Shown: piece by piece, positions 38,098 through 48,749 of the stretch
Numbering within the stretch: the first letter of the stretch is position 1
How the letters are laid out: each line of letters begins with the position of its first letter
Assembly (NCBI GenBank): GCA_965223845.1
Contig: CBDCXR010000004.1
Coordinates: forward strand, 6,496,001 to 6,560,000
Origin: Planctomycetota bacterium
GTDB taxonomy: Bacteria; Planctomycetota; UBA8108; SXIK01
Reading direction: 5' to 3'
Length of the DNA stretch: 64,000 nucleotides
Notes under the pieces: generated by a model
Seen by the model: the letters and a program-made list of their open reading frames with translations, nothing else
The model's database searches: none
Told to the model about the DNA's origin: nothing
Program-made: the position numbers and the translations under genes

Positions 38098-41000
38098 ATG
38101 TCGCGTGGCCAGCGAGTACGGATGCTCTTGGCGTTCACCGCGGGTGCGATCGCAGCGCTGACGGCGATGGTATTCGTGTGGTTGAGCGCCCTCCGTCCGG
38201 AGGAGAACTTTCACCTCGGACGCTCTCTCGAGTACTACCTCGAGACCCTCGAGAGCGAGGATGAGGACGAGCGAAAGGCGGCTCACTCGGCGCTCGGACA
38301 CCTCGACCGCTCGCACGTCCGGCGGTTGCGTCGCTTGGTGCGCGCGCTGCGAACGGCGCAGACCGCCGATGGGAAGAGGCATCTCTTGGCCGCGCTCGGT
38401 CGCCTCGGTCCGCCCTCGATTCCGATTCTCCGTCGCTGGGCTCACGCCGAGGACGACGACGAAGCCGTAGCGGCGGTGTCCGCGCTTGCGACGGCCGGGC
38501 CGCTCTCGACGCCCGTGCTCACGAGTCTTCTACCCGACCCCCGTCAGTCCGTTCGGCGCGCGGCGCTGGGCGGGATTCGACGGCTCGGCCAGACGGCTCG
38601 CGAGGCCGCACCGCTGCTCGTCGCGATCCTCCGTCTCGAAGAGTTCGATCGCGAGCGCGAGTCCTCTGACGCCTCTCACGTCACCAGCGCGCTGGAAGCG
38701 ATCGGAGCGCCGGCGCTGCCGTATCTTCTCGAGCTCCTCGAGAGCGAGACGACCGGCAGAGCACTGCGGATGCGAGTTCTCGGCGTCATGGAATCGATCG
38801 CCGACCCGAGCCTCGTCTCCGCGATCGCGCGCGTGCTCCGCACCGCCGCGGAACGAGCCGTTTCCGAGGCGGTATCTCCGGAGGAGCAGGACGCCGCAGC
38901 GGAGGAGGCTCTCGTCGCGGGCCGCGCTCTCGAGGCGATCGGTTTGCCAGCGGTGCCGGCGTACGTAGGTCTCCTCCGGGAGACGTCGGATTCTGCGCTC
39001 CGCGAGCACCTCCTCGGATGGATCGATGCGATCGCGGGGACCTCGATCGCGGAACATGAAAGCCGCGCGGCGGCTCTCGGAGCCGCGAGTCCTTCGACTG
39101 CCGATCTCGTTCTCGTCCCGGAACGGACGTCCGGCCGGCGTGGCGTGGTCCTCTCGGGCGCGGCGATCCCGAACTCGAGTGGGCGCCGAACGACTCGAAC
39201 GGTTGCGCCCGCGTCGCCTAGGGTTCGCACCGCGCGGCCGCCGGTCGCGGTTTCGAGTACCCGCGGTTCCCCCAGTTCGCGCAGTTCTTCCCGCCGGTCG
39301 GCGGCGAGCGCGGTGCAAACGCGGCGAAGGATCGCGCCCTCCTCGAGTCGCTCTAGGCCGAAGGAGCTCTCAGCTGCCCAACTGCGTACGCAGCTCCACG
39401 CGCGGCCGGAGTGGATCCGTTCGCTTCTCCCCGAGCTCCGTCGTTCCCTCCGCACGGGAACGGAGAGTGAACGCCTCCTCGCCGTCGCTCTCGTGGGAAA
39501 AATCGGCCCCGAGGCGCGTGCTCTTCTGCCGCTCGTTTTCGAGGAGTACGCGCGGGCGTCGCGTCGAAAGTGGGCGGAGCTCGACGCGGCGATCTGGCGG
39601 CGTTCCCGCGAAAGTGGACCGGCTCTGTTGGTGCCGCGCATCAACCGAGAGTTTGGCGTGTTGTCGCTTCACGCGATGCGGCGCATGGGACGGTCGGGCG
39701 CCGCGCTGCTCGCGCTGCGCGCGAGCGTCGGAAAATTCGAGCGCCGGCTGGCGGCGCTGCTTTCGCTTCGCGAGCTCGGGAAAGACGCGAGCTCGGTCGG
39801 CGACACGCTTCGCGGCGCGATGCTGGATGGCGATCGACGCATCCGCCTGGCGGCGGCCGGGGCGCTCATCGCGACCGGCGAAGCGGCGGCGGCAACCGCC
39901 GCTCAGCTCGTCGAGCGACTCCGCGCGGATCTCGACGGTCTCCATCCGAACGCGCTCGCGCAGCGGAATAGCGAGCTCAAACGCCTCATCGAGTGGTATT
40001 CCGCCTGCTTCGCGGAGCTTTGGCCAGCGTCCGCGCCGGCCGTACTGAGGATGGCGGATAGCGACGAGTGGCTGCTGCGCTTTGCCGGACTGAAGGCGCT
40101 CGAGCAATCGGATCTCGACGCCGTCGAGCTGCCGCTAAAGGAAGAGCTCGTGTCGCGGCTCGTTCGGCTGATCGAATCGGATTCGACGCCTTACGACGAG
40201 GACGAGCGGAGCTACGTCGCCGACGCCGATGGACTACCGCCGGGGTCGCGCGCGTCGTGGTCGACGTCGAGCCGTCGTCATGCGTTTTCCGTGCTCACGA
40301 AGCTAGGGACGGCCGGTGCTCCGATCGCGCCTCGGGTCATCGACCATCTTCTCGATTCGCGAACGTCGTCGTCGACGATCGAGTATCTGAAGGGACTCGG
40401 ACCGGCGATCGAGGGAGCAGCGGAAACCTTGTTCGAGCTCGCCGTCGAGCGGTCGAGACGCGCGCTGGCCACGAGCCACCACGCGCTTCGGCCGATCACG
40501 GATCCCGAGCGGTCGTTCCTCTTCCAAGCCAGAGAGCATGCGCTTCCGGCTCTTACCGCCGCGCTCGACGACGCCGATCCGTACGTCCGGTACTGGGCGA
40601 TCGAGCTCGTCGCGCATATCGTTCTGGACGAACGGCGCTCGAGTCGCTCGCGGCGAGTCGTTTCTAGGAGTCGCGGGGGTGCATCGCCACCGCGCCGAGG
40701 CCCAGCCCCGCGATCAGCGGACGAGAACGACGAGTCCGCTCCCAAATCGCATCTCCGTGAGTATCTCGATCTTGTGCTCGCTCTGTCGAAGGACGAGCTC
40801 GCGGAGACTCGCGCGGTCGCCGCGCGGATCTTCGGGGCGCGTGAAGCGTGGGTGATCGGAGCTTCGGACGAGGCGAAGCGCGCCGTCGCTCGGCGGACCG
40901 TGGCTCTTCTCGGGGATCCGCAGTCGAACGTGCGGCTCCAGGCGGCGCGAAGTCTCGTCGGGACGAAAGAGTTGAGCGCCGAGGATGCAGATGGAGTCGT

Positions 41001-41910
41001 CGACGCGATCCTCCGCGAGTACGACCGCCTCGAAGGCTCCTACGTGATCGAGCTCCGAGACGATCAGCTCCACTACACCGAACGCGCCACGACGCCACCG
41101 GGCGCGGCGGACGAAGATGTCACTCGCGCGATCCCCCGATCCGGCCTGAGGCGGATGGCGGGTCGCTCGTCGCGTTCGCGCCAGGCCTCGGTCCGCCGAA
41201 CGCTCTCGTCGCGGAGTCGATCGACTTCTCGCTCTCGATCGGTGCGGGTTCGGATCCCCCCGGAGGCCGCGTTCTTCAGCGCCCTGGTGCGGAGTGCGCC
41301 CGAGCTCGGGTCGGCGATGGTTCCGCGACTCATCCACCATCTCGAGACCGCCGACGATGCGACGGTCGCGCGCATTTTGATCAGCATGCTAGCGACGATT
41401 CGTCCGGCCTACATCGAGATCGAAACCGTGCTCGTCGCGCGCTGGAATGCGGCGGGAGACGATGACGCCAAGCTCGAGGAGTGGCGTGACATCGCGCGCT
41501 TGATCGGGGAGTACGGGGCAGCGGCGAAGTCGTCGCTCCCGGCGATCGGAAGCCAGCTCGCCGTCGCCGCCGGACGTCTCGCCGAGACGGACGGCGAAGT
41601 GGCGACCGATCGCGCGATCGCGCGCGTCACCGAATTGTTCGTGGTGTTGCGAGCGCTCGGTGAGGAGGGCCTCGCGATCGCGGACGGGCTCGCCGCGCAT
41701 CCAGAAGCGCGCGTACGGTATCTCGCCGCGAAGCTGTTCGTCGATCTCGGTGCGAGTGCCGAGCGCGCGCGCACGACACTCGACGCGTTCGAGGCCGATT
41801 CGGAGCCCGCTCTCCGATACTACGCACGCTGGGTGCGCTCCGAACTTCAGCGAAACGAGGTCTCGTCCGAAGCCGAGTTGCCGGAGAGCGGAGAGAGCGG
41901 CGAGCCGTGA
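38098..41910 (+). CDS. Large membrane-anchored HEAT-repeat protein with Arg/Ser-rich inserts
   Basis: N-terminal TM; many HEAT-like units (DPRQSVRRAAL, DRRIRLAAAGAL, DADPYVRYWA, DPQSNVRLQAARSL). Confidence 0.8.
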   Translation: MSRGQRVRMLLAFTAGAIAALTAMVFVWLSALRPEENFHLGRSLEYYLETLESEDEDERKAAHSALGHLDRSHVRRLRRLVRALRTAQTADGKRHLLAALGRLGPPSIPILRRWAHAEDDDEAVAAVSALATAGPLSTPVLTSLLPDPRQSVRRAALGGIRRLGQTAREAAPLLVAILRLEEFDRERESSDASHVTSALEAIGAPALPYLLELLESETTGRALRMRVLGVMESIADPSLVSAIARVLRTAAERAVSEAVSPEEQDAAAEEALVAGRALEAIGLPAVPAYVGLLRETSDSALREHLLGWIDAIAGTSIAEHESRAAALGAASPSTADLVLVPERTSGRRGVVLSGAAIPNSSGRRTTRTVAPASPRVRTARPPVAVSSTRGSPSSRSSSRRSAASAVQTRRRIAPSSSRSRPKELSAAQLRTQLHARPEWIRSLLPELRRSLRTGTESERLLAVALVGKIGPEARALLPLVFEEYARASRRKWAELDAAIWRRSRESGPALLVPRINREFGVLSLHAMRRMGRSGAALLALRASVGKFERRLAALLSLRELGKDASSVGDTLRGAMLDGDRRIRLAAAGALIATGEAAAATAAQLVERLRADLDGLHPNALAQRNSELKRLIEWYSACFAELWPASAPAVLRMADSDEWLLRFAGLKALEQSDLDAVELPLKEELVSRLVRLIESDSTPYDEDERSYVADADGLPPGSRASWSTSSRRHAFSVLTKLGTAGAPIAPRVIDHLLDSRTSSSTIEYLKGLGPAIEGAAETLFELAVERSRRALATSHHALRPITDPERSFLFQAREHALPALTAALDDADPYVRYWAIELVAHIVLDERRSSRSRRVVSRSRGGASPPRRGPAPRSADENDESAPKSHLREYLDLVLALSKDELAETRAVAARIFGAREAWVIGASDEAKRAVARRTVALLGDPQSNVRLQAARSLVGTKELSAEDADGVVDAILREYDRLEGSYVIELRDDQLHYTERATTPPGAADEDVTRAIPRSGLRRMAGRSSRSRQASVRRTLSSRSRSTSRSRSVRVRIPPEAAFFSALVRSAPELGSAMVPRLIHHLETADDATVARILISMLATIRPAYIEIETVLVARWNAAGDDDAKLEEWRDIARLIGEYGAAAKSSLPAIGSQLAVAAGRLAETDGEVATDRAIARVTELFVVLRALGEEGLAIADGLAAHPEARVRYLAAKLFVDLGASAERARTTLDAFEADSEPALRYYARWVRSELQRNEVSSEAELPESGESGEP

Positions 41911-41938
41911 GCGCGGTACTGCGCGACGGGAACTCGGT

Positions 41939-42739
41939 TTAGTCGCCCGTCCGCCAATCGCTGCCGGCGAGGAAGCCGCCGTCGACGTAGACGACTTGTC
42001 CCGTCACGAATTCCGACGCGGGACTCGAGAGAAAGAGCGCGGTTCCGGCGAGCTCGTGCGTCTCGCCCCAGCGCCGAACCGGGGTGCGACGGACGACCCA
42101 GTCACTCCGGTGATCCTCCTGGATCGCGCGGTTGAGCTCGGTCCGAATGAACCCCGGACCGATGCCGTTCACTTGGATTCCGTGCTCCGCCCACTCGACG
42201 GCGAGCGTCTTCGTGAGCTGGAGGAGTCCTCCCTTCGCCGCCGAGTACGCCGGAGCACCCGGGAGACCGATCGCCGACGCGAGCGAGAGGATGTTGACGA
42301 TCTTTCCGCCGCGCCCGCGCTCGATCATCTGCTCTCCACACGCCTGAGCGACGAAAAACGCACCGCTTAGATTCACGCCGAGCACCGCGACCCAATCTTC
42401 CTCGCTGAAAGTCGCGCTCTCGCCGCGACGATTGACTCCCGCGTTGTTGATCAAGATGTCGACGCCGCCGAGCTCCGCGCGCGCGCGTTCGACGAGCGCT
42501 CGAACGAACGTCGTCTCCGCCACATCGCCCGCGAGTGCGATGACGCGTCGTCCGCTGGCTGCGCGGATGTCGTCGGCGGCTTGAACCAGCGACTCCTCTC
42601 CTCGCGCGGTGAGGACGAGATCGGCGCCCGCACCCGCGAGCGCTTCGGCGATCGCACGCCCGATGCCCCGACTTCCGCCGGTGACGAGCGCAGCCTTGCC
42701 GTCGAGGCGAAACGCTTGAGCGGTGTCGTAGTTGTTCAT
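41939..42739 (-). CDS. SDR oxidoreductase (gluconate 5-dehydrogenase/KduD-like)
   Basis: FRLDGK.ALVTGGSRGIG, NNAG, YSAAKGG, RTP.RRWG. Confidence 0.9.
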   Translation of the reverse strand: MNNYDTAQAFRLDGKAALVTGGSRGIGRAIAEALAGAGADLVLTARGEESLVQAADDIRAASGRRVIALAGDVAETTFVRALVERARAELGGVDILINNAGVNRRGESATFSEEDWVAVLGVNLSGAFFVAQACGEQMIERGRGGKIVNILSLASAIGLPGAPAYSAAKGGLLQLTKTLAVEWAEHGIQVNGIGPGFIRTELNRAIQEDHRSDWVVRRTPVRRWGETHELAGTALFLSSPASEFVTGQVVYVDGGFLAGSDWRTGD

Positions 42740-42979
42740 CCTGGGATTCCGTAGTCTTCGATCGCGGGGCGAACGGGGCCCGCCCAGTCTACGTCATTTT
42801 CGTCTCCCGGCGAGAGGCTCGAGACGTGGGCCGTCGCGTGGAGTTTCGCGCGGAGCGTCGGCGGAGGCCCACGGGTGAACTCCGCCCAAGTGCCCCGCCA
42901 AACCGCGGCGTCGGGTACAATCTCGGCTCGCAATCCACTCTGAACTCGCTCACCCTTCTACCATCTCGAGGCCCTCACG

Positions 42980-43963
42980 ATGATCGATGACGCGCGACGA
43001 ACTTTTCTGAAGAAGACCGTTCTCGCGGCCGGCAGTGCTGCCGCCGTCGGCTGCTCGACGTGGACGCGCGCGGACGACGAACGCGCGGGGAAAACGGCCG
43101 AAACGACAAACGGCTCTAGCGCGTCCGCACGGGGGAATCCCATCGGCGTCTCGACGTACTCTTTCTGGGGATTCCGCGGTGCGAAGACGCCGATCGAGGA
43201 TTGCATCGACCACGCGGCGAACATGGGGTTTGACGGGGTCGAGATCCTCCATCGCCAGATGCGCGACGAGTCGAACGGCTACATGCAGAACCTCAAGCGC
43301 CGCGCATTCACGCTCGGGCTCGATCTCTGCGGGTTTTCGATTCACCAAGACTTTGTGTCGCCGAGTCGCGAGGAACGTCGAAAGCACATCGAACACACGC
43401 ACAAGTGCATCGAGCTCGCCTACGCGATGGGTATCCCGACACTCCGTCTCAACACCGGGCGATGGGGGACCATCAAGTCCTTCGACGACCTCATGAAGGC
43501 GCGCGGGATCGAGCCGCGCCTTCCCGGCTACACGGACGACGACGCGATCCGCTGGGTGATCGAGTGCATCGAGGAGTGCCTCCCGCGCGCGGAAAAGGCC
43601 GGCGTAGTCATGGGGCTCGAGAATCACTGGGGAATCAGTCTCGACCCGAACGCCATCGCCCGCATCTTGAAGGCCGTCCCGTCGCCGTGGCTGCAGGTGA
43701 CGCTCGACACCGGGAACTTTCTCGAGGATCCGTACGACCGCCTCGCGCTCCTCGCCGATCGGACGGTGCTCGTTCAGGCGAAGACGTATTTCGGCGGCGG
43801 GCGGTGGTACTCGCTCGACCTCGACTACGCGCGAATCGCGAAGATTTTCCGCGATGCCGGATTCGCGGGTTACGTCTCGCTCGAGTTCGAAGGCAACGAG
43901 TCACCGGAGACCGGCGTGCCGAGGAGTCTGGAGCTTCTCCGGCGGCATTTTGGTCGGCGGTAG
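42980..43963 (+). CDS. Tat-exported sugar phosphate isomerase/epimerase
   Basis: RRTFLK Tat motif; VSTYSFW; GLENHWG; LDTGNF; SLEFEG. Confidence 0.92.
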   Translation: MIDDARRTFLKKTVLAAGSAAAVGCSTWTRADDERAGKTAETTNGSSASARGNPIGVSTYSFWGFRGAKTPIEDCIDHAANMGFDGVEILHRQMRDESNGYMQNLKRRAFTLGLDLCGFSIHQDFVSPSREERRKHIEHTHKCIELAYAMGIPTLRLNTGRWGTIKSFDDLMKARGIEPRLPGYTDDDAIRWVIECIEECLPRAEKAGVVMGLENHWGISLDPNAIARILKAVPSPWLQVTLDTGNFLEDPYDRLALLADRTVLVQAKTYFGGGRWYSLDLDYARIAKIFRDAGFAGYVSLEFEGNESPETGVPRSLELLRRHFGRR

Positions 43964-44020
43964 GCTAAGAGTGAGAATTGCACTTGGAGAGATTGAGGGG
44001 GCGGTGATCGGGGCGGAGTC

Positions 44021-44752
44021 TTAGCCGGCGAGGCCGTAGGCCGTCGCGGCGGCTGTGATTTGGATGGTGAGATTGTCGAGGCCGTGGGGCGAAATTGCTT
44101 CGACGATCGCCGCTGCGGCGCCGATGAGGAGCGCGGCCGGGACGACTCCGATCGCCACGGAGGCGCTCGGGCCCAAGATGGAGAGTGCGATCGCCGCCGC
44201 GATGCTCGATGCGGCGAACACCGCTGCGCTTCCTTCGACGGAGCGCGTCGACGACGGTGCTCCGCCGAGGCGCGGTACACGATAGCGGTGCCGCCCGTAG
44301 CGGATGCCGATCGGTTCCGCCACTGCGTCGCCGAATCCGCCGACGGCGAACCCGACGACGGCGAAGCGTTCGAAGAGTGCGAGCGCGATGATTCCGCCCG
44401 CGGCGGTGGCGAGAAAGGGGAGAAGGATCAGCAGCGATCGTCGCGGTCGATCCTCCGGTCGAGCGAGCGCCTCGTAAAATGCGTGTCCGTCTCCTCGGAG
44501 GAGAGCGAAGCCGACGATTCCCGCGGTGATTCCGCCGAGGAGATTGACCCCCGGGGTCCCGAGCGTGGCGGCGAGAACGGTCGCGGCGCTGAAGACGACA
44601 AAGTGAAAGATCTTCCTCGTGTCTCCCACTCGCACGCCGCGGCGGTGGAGACGGGCGCAGAGGATGGCCGCGCCGGCGATGAGCGCGAAGAGAACTGGTC
44701 CGAGCCACGCGCTTGCGGTGATCGGAGGCAGCGCCGGGGACCAGTTGCCCAT
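44021..44752 (-). CDS. CTP-dependent polyprenol/diacylglycerol kinase family (phytol/dolichol kinase-like)
   Basis: TRKIFH, GDAVAEPIG.RYG, RSVEGSAA, GLDNL; multiple TM helices. Confidence 0.85.
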   Translation of the reverse strand: MGNWSPALPPITASAWLGPVLFALIAGAAILCARLHRRGVRVGDTRKIFHFVVFSAATVLAATLGTPGVNLLGGITAGIVGFALLRGDGHAFYEALARPEDRPRRSLLILLPFLATAAGGIIALALFERFAVVGFAVGGFGDAVAEPIGIRYGRHRYRVPRLGGAPSSTRSVEGSAAVFAASSIAAAIALSILGPSASVAIGVVPAALLIGAAAAIVEAISPHGLDNLTIQITAAATAYGLAG

Positions 44753-44792
44753 CGCTCCGTACCCTCACCGTGAGCTGCCGTCGTGGAGCGAA

Positions 44793-45464
44793 TCAGCTCT
44801 CGCCGCTAGCTGAGGTTCGATCCGCCGGACTCGCGCGCGCCGGTTCGTCAGGGGACGACGGAGCGGTCGAGTCGGGGGCCTTCGCCTCCGTCGCCTCCGC
44901 CGCGCCCGCTGTCGGTCGAGGATCGCCGGCGTTCTCGGCCGGGCTCGCGGGCGCCGGGGTCGGAGCGGGGCCCGCGGCCGGAGGGGCGGCCGTCGCAGCA
45001 GCGCTCTCGTCGTCGCGACGCTCGCGCGTCTGCGTCGCGAGGGGATCCTTGACGAAGTTCGGAACGATGTTCCTCCAGTAGCTCGTCGCCGAGATGTAGG
45101 CGAGAGCGATCGCTCCCCCGACGGTCATCGCGGTCTCGACCGAACTCATCTCCTCGATGAGGAATCCGATCACCGGAAGAATGCACACGATCGGGAGCAG
45201 TCGTTGCTGCAATTTCACCGGCACGAACTCGAGACAGTTGATCTTGAATGCGAGAAGCGTGATCACGATGAGCGCGCTCGCGATCGACGCCGTCGCGAAC
45301 CAAGGAAAGCCGGTCTCGACAGGCGCGGCCTCGGAACCGGTCGTGCTCTTCACGACCCACCCCGCGAGGATGATGAATGCGAGTCCGCCGATGACTTTCT
45401 CCGACAGGCGGAGCGTACCGTACTGCTTGCGTTGCTTCGGTTGGCTCTGCTGCTCGTCGCCCAT
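44793..45464 (-). CDS. Hypothetical membrane protein (~4 TM) with an Ala/Pro-rich tail
   Basis: Hydrophobic segments; ATG preceded by GGAAGG; co-oriented with neighbours. Confidence 0.7.
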   Translation of the reverse strand: MGDEQQSQPKQRKQYGTLRLSEKVIGGLAFIILAGWVVKSTTGSEAAPVETGFPWFATASIASALIVITLLAFKINCLEFVPVKLQQRLLPIVCILPVIGFLIEEMSSVETAMTVGGAIALAYISATSYWRNIVPNFVKDPLATQTRERRDDESAAATAAPPAAGPAPTPAPASPAENAGDPRPTAGAAEATEAKAPDSTAPSSPDEPARASPADRTSASGES

Positions 45465-45561
45465 GATCGCCCTTCCGTTGATTGCGCCTCACTCGACTTC
45501 CTCACCAGGCTCGGTGAGCGGAGTGGCCCTTTCTGTTAGTCGACTTCGTACCCCGTGCGTT

Positions 45562-46914
45562 TCAGGTTTCGCCGCTTTTATCTTCCGCGTTTTCGCGTCC
45601 GCCCTTCCGCTTGCGGCGGTGTGCCGGCCGAGCGTTCTCCGCTCGCGGGGACGTGGTCGCGGTGGGCGTCGACGACCACGCCACCTCGATTCGCAGCCGG
45701 CTTTTTCCTGATCGCGAGACGACATCGCCCCGGCGCACCGCGTCGTTGGGCGATCGCCACAGCTCGCGGCCGCTCCTCCGGCACACGTAGACGCCTCGCT
45801 CCCCGCCCTGCACTCGCATCGGGTCGCCGATCACGCGCCCTCGCCCGCGGTCTTCGGTGGGGACGGGAGAGCCGACCCGCTCGATCGCTAGAAATGAGAA
45901 CGACGCCCGCGTCGGACCCGTCTTGTCGACGAGCCCGAGGGGGGCCGCCGCGCGCCGCACCGCGGCCGGGGGATTCCACTCGAAGTGGAAGTGACACCAA
46001 GGACGGGCGCGTTCCTCGAGGAGGGGACACGGCGCGTCGTGCGTGCACGGCGCGACGATGCGCCATCGACCGCTGCTGGCGATCACGTCGTGCACGCGAA
46101 GGAGATTTCGGCCGGCGCCGCGCTGCGCGGGCTCGAGGATGATCGCCGTGCTCCCGGGTGGAATCGAGTTCGCGAGCTCGGCCGCGAAGGCTTCGGCCGT
46201 CGGACCACCGCGCTCGCCCACGCGGAGCTCGTTGAGAACCATCGCCAGCCAGACGAGGGACGGGGCCTCGACCTTTGGCGGAGCCGGCACGAGAGATCCG
46301 TTCGTCGTGCGCACCGTCACGCCCGCCGTACCCGCAGCCGCGGCGCTCTCCTCGAGGAGTCGTCGCGCAACGTTCGTTGCCGCGCGGCTACGATCGGTGA
46401 GCACGAACTCGCGGGACACATCTCCGCTGAGGCTGAACAAGGTCGCGAGACTGGCCGAACCCGGTCCGGCGCCGAGATCGACGACGTTCGTCAGCGTTTC
46501 CACCTCCGGGTGAAGACGGCGAACGACGTCGAGGACCTTTGCGGCGCGGACGTAGTTGAGCGGGAGATGATACCGGAGATAAGCGTCACGAAGCCTCGGC
46601 ACGTCGAGGTACGACGTCCGCCGGAGTCTCGATCGGTCGGAGGTGAAGAGGTCGAAGAGCTCCTCGAGCGCGCGGGCCTGCTTCACGGGTGGGACGCGCC
46701 CGGCGATGCGCCCGATGGCGTCGTCGAGCGCAGAGGGCACGCTCGTCGACCCAGGGGAGTCGTCGCGGCGAGCCGGAGCGGCCGAGCCACCGCGATGCTC
46801 GCGGGCGGCCGCGGGCGGTGTCCCGCGCAAAGGTGCGCGACTTCGGGCCGCTCGAGTCGAATTCTGCTTCGCGCGCCGTCGGCTGCTTCTTTTCTTGTCG
46901 TCGTGCGTGCTCAT
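45562..46914 (-). CDS. Rsm22/METTL17-like SAM-dependent methyltransferase
   Basis: [31 protein letters not shown]...WCHF, FSFL. Start at 46914 or 46932. Confidence 0.85.
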   Translation of the reverse strand: MSTHDDKKRSSRRRAKQNSTRAARSRAPLRGTPPAAAREHRGGSAAPARRDDSPGSTSVPSALDDAIGRIAGRVPPVKQARALEELFDLFTSDRSRLRRTSYLDVPRLRDAYLRYHLPLNYVRAAKVLDVVRRLHPEVETLTNVVDLGAGPGSASLATLFSLSGDVSREFVLTDRSRAATNVARRLLEESAAAAGTAGVTVRTTNGSLVPAPPKVEAPSLVWLAMVLNELRVGERGGPTAEAFAAELANSIPPGSTAIILEPAQRGAGRNLLRVHDVIASSGRWRIVAPCTHDAPCPLLEERARPWCHFHFEWNPPAAVRRAAAPLGLVDKTGPTRASFSFLAIERVGSPVPTEDRGRGRVIGDPMRVQGGERGVYVCRRSGRELWRSPNDAVRRGDVVSRSGKSRLRIEVAWSSTPTATTSPRAENARPAHRRKRKGGRENAEDKSGET

Positions 46915-47152
46915 CCCGTGTCTTGATGACATCGCTTCGCTTCGCGGGTACCCTCGCCTCCGCCCCGTCCGTTTTCGTCGTGCTCGGTCTCGCGCGCGTC
47001 TACGTTCGTCGGTGACTGGCTGCGCCGATGGCTTCGTCCGAGCCGAGCGCAACCGATCCGCGCGAGGCCATTCTACTCGATGCACCTCGCACGCGGGCAG
47101 CACGCCGCGACCGTTCCCCGAATCTTCGCTCAATCCACCGGGAGATGCTTCC

Positions 47153-48235
47153 GTGTCGACTTCACCTTCGCCCTCCGATCCGCTCGATTTGGAACGCGAG
47201 CTCGGCTCCTCGTTCGACCTCTTGATGAACTTCACCTCGCCCAAGATCGACCGCGAGCGCCTCCACCTTCCCGGCCGGACCTTCGTCGACGATGTCGTCG
47301 CCGCGAGCGATCGCCCCAATCCCGTCCTCCGGAGCCTGCAGGCCCTCTTCGACGCCGGATCGCTCGGCGGAACCGGATATCTGTCGATTCTTCCGGTCGA
47401 TCAGGGGCTCGAGCACAGCGCGGGCGCGTCGTTCGCGAGCAATCCCGACTACTTCGATCCCGAGGCGATCGTCGAGCTCGCCCACGAAGGCGGGTGCAAC
47501 GCCGTGACGTCGAGCGTCGGAGTTCTGGGCGCGGTGTCGCGAAAGTACGCGCACCGGATTCCATTCATCGTGAAGCTGAACCACAACGAGCTCCTCACGC
47601 ACCCGGCGCGGTACGACCAAATTCTATTCGCGAGCGTGCGTCAGGCGCGAGATCTCGGCGCCGTCGGCGTCGGTGCGACGATCTATTTCGGCTCGGCCGA
47701 GTCGAGTCGACAGATCGCCGAGGTGAGCGATGCCTTTCAGTGCGCGCACGAGGCCGGTCTCTTCACCGTGCTGTGGTGCTACTTGCGGAACTCCGCGTTC
47801 AAGAAGGACGGGGTCGACTACCACACCTCCGCCGACATGACCGGCCAGGCGAATCACATCGGTGTCACGATTCAGGCGGATATCGTGAAGCAGAAGCTCC
47901 CGACCCGAAACGGTGGATTCGAGGCGATCCCGTGCGGAAAGGTCGACAAGGATCGGGAGATGTATACGAAGCTAGCGAGCGAACATCCGATCGATCTCGT
48001 TCGCTACCAAGTGGCGAACGGCTACATGGGACGCGCGGGCCTGATCAATTCAGGCGGAGCGTCGACGGCGGACGATCGCGCCGATGCGATCAAGACGGCT
48101 GTGATCAACAAGCGCGCGGGTGGGATGGGCCTCATCATGGGACGGAAAGCGTTCCAGCGGCCGCGGCGCGACGGGATCGAGCTCCTCCGCGCGGTCCAGA
48201 ACGTGTACCTGGACGAGCGGGTCACCGTCGTCTAG
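47153..48235 (+). CDS. fbaB: Class I fructose-bisphosphate aldolase (DhnA type)
   Basis: [59 protein letters not shown]; GTG start after GGGAGA. Confidence 0.95.
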   Translation: MSTSPSPSDPLDLERELGSSFDLLMNFTSPKIDRERLHLPGRTFVDDVVAASDRPNPVLRSLQALFDAGSLGGTGYLSILPVDQGLEHSAGASFASNPDYFDPEAIVELAHEGGCNAVTSSVGVLGAVSRKYAHRIPFIVKLNHNELLTHPARYDQILFASVRQARDLGAVGVGATIYFGSAESSRQIAEVSDAFQCAHEAGLFTVLWCYLRNSAFKKDGVDYHTSADMTGQANHIGVTIQADIVKQKLPTRNGGFEAIPCGKVDKDREMYTKLASEHPIDLVRYQVANGYMGRAGLINSGGASTADDRADAIKTAVINKRAGGMGLIMGRKAFQRPRRDGIELLRAVQNVYLDERVTVV

Positions 48236-48276
48236 TCGAGGAGCGCGGTGCTCATCGACGCGCCGCGTCCGCGGAT

Positions 48277-48717
48277 CTACGCTTCGGATCCCTTCGCACT
48301 CGCCGTCCGGCCGAGGCGTTCGCCGTCCTCGCTCAGCCACAGATCGGTCCAGTAGTCGAGCGCCTTCAGCGCCGCGGCTGCGTCGTCGGGAACGGTGACC
48401 GGTTCCGGCGTCTGCGGGGGCCTCGAACGCGAGTTTCGCAGGAACACGCGCGCGGCGGCAGAGCTCGGCAGCCGCGTGCGCAACTCGCGGAGGAGGCGTT
48501 CGATCTCGCTCGCGCTCCAGCACATCACCGCGCTGATGAACTGGTCGGGCAGTTCCTTCGCGTAGAGGACGGTGACGGCGTGAACGACGGCCAGCTCGGG
48601 GGACGACTCGACGTCGCCGGAGCGGGACTTCGATCCCTCGGCGAGCGGGACGGGAATCGTTCCGCCGCGCAGATACTGCCGAACCAGTGCGGCGATCTCT
48701 TCTTCGCGGTCGGACAT
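48277..48717 (-). CDS. Small hypothetical protein with a sigma70 region-4-like helix-turn-helix
   Basis: AVTVLYAKELPDQFISAVMCWSASEIERLLRELRTRL follows the ECF sigma region-4 spacing; no region-2-like segment seen. Confidence 0.55.
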   Translation of the reverse strand: MSDREEEIAALVRQYLRGGTIPVPLAEGSKSRSGDVESSPELAVVHAVTVLYAKELPDQFISAVMCWSASEIERLLRELRTRLPSSAAARVFLRNSRSRPPQTPEPVTVPDDAAAALKALDYWTDLWLSEDGERLGRTASAKGSEA

Positions 48718-48749
48718 CCCGTTGATCCCTGTGGCCCGTGAAACCGGGC

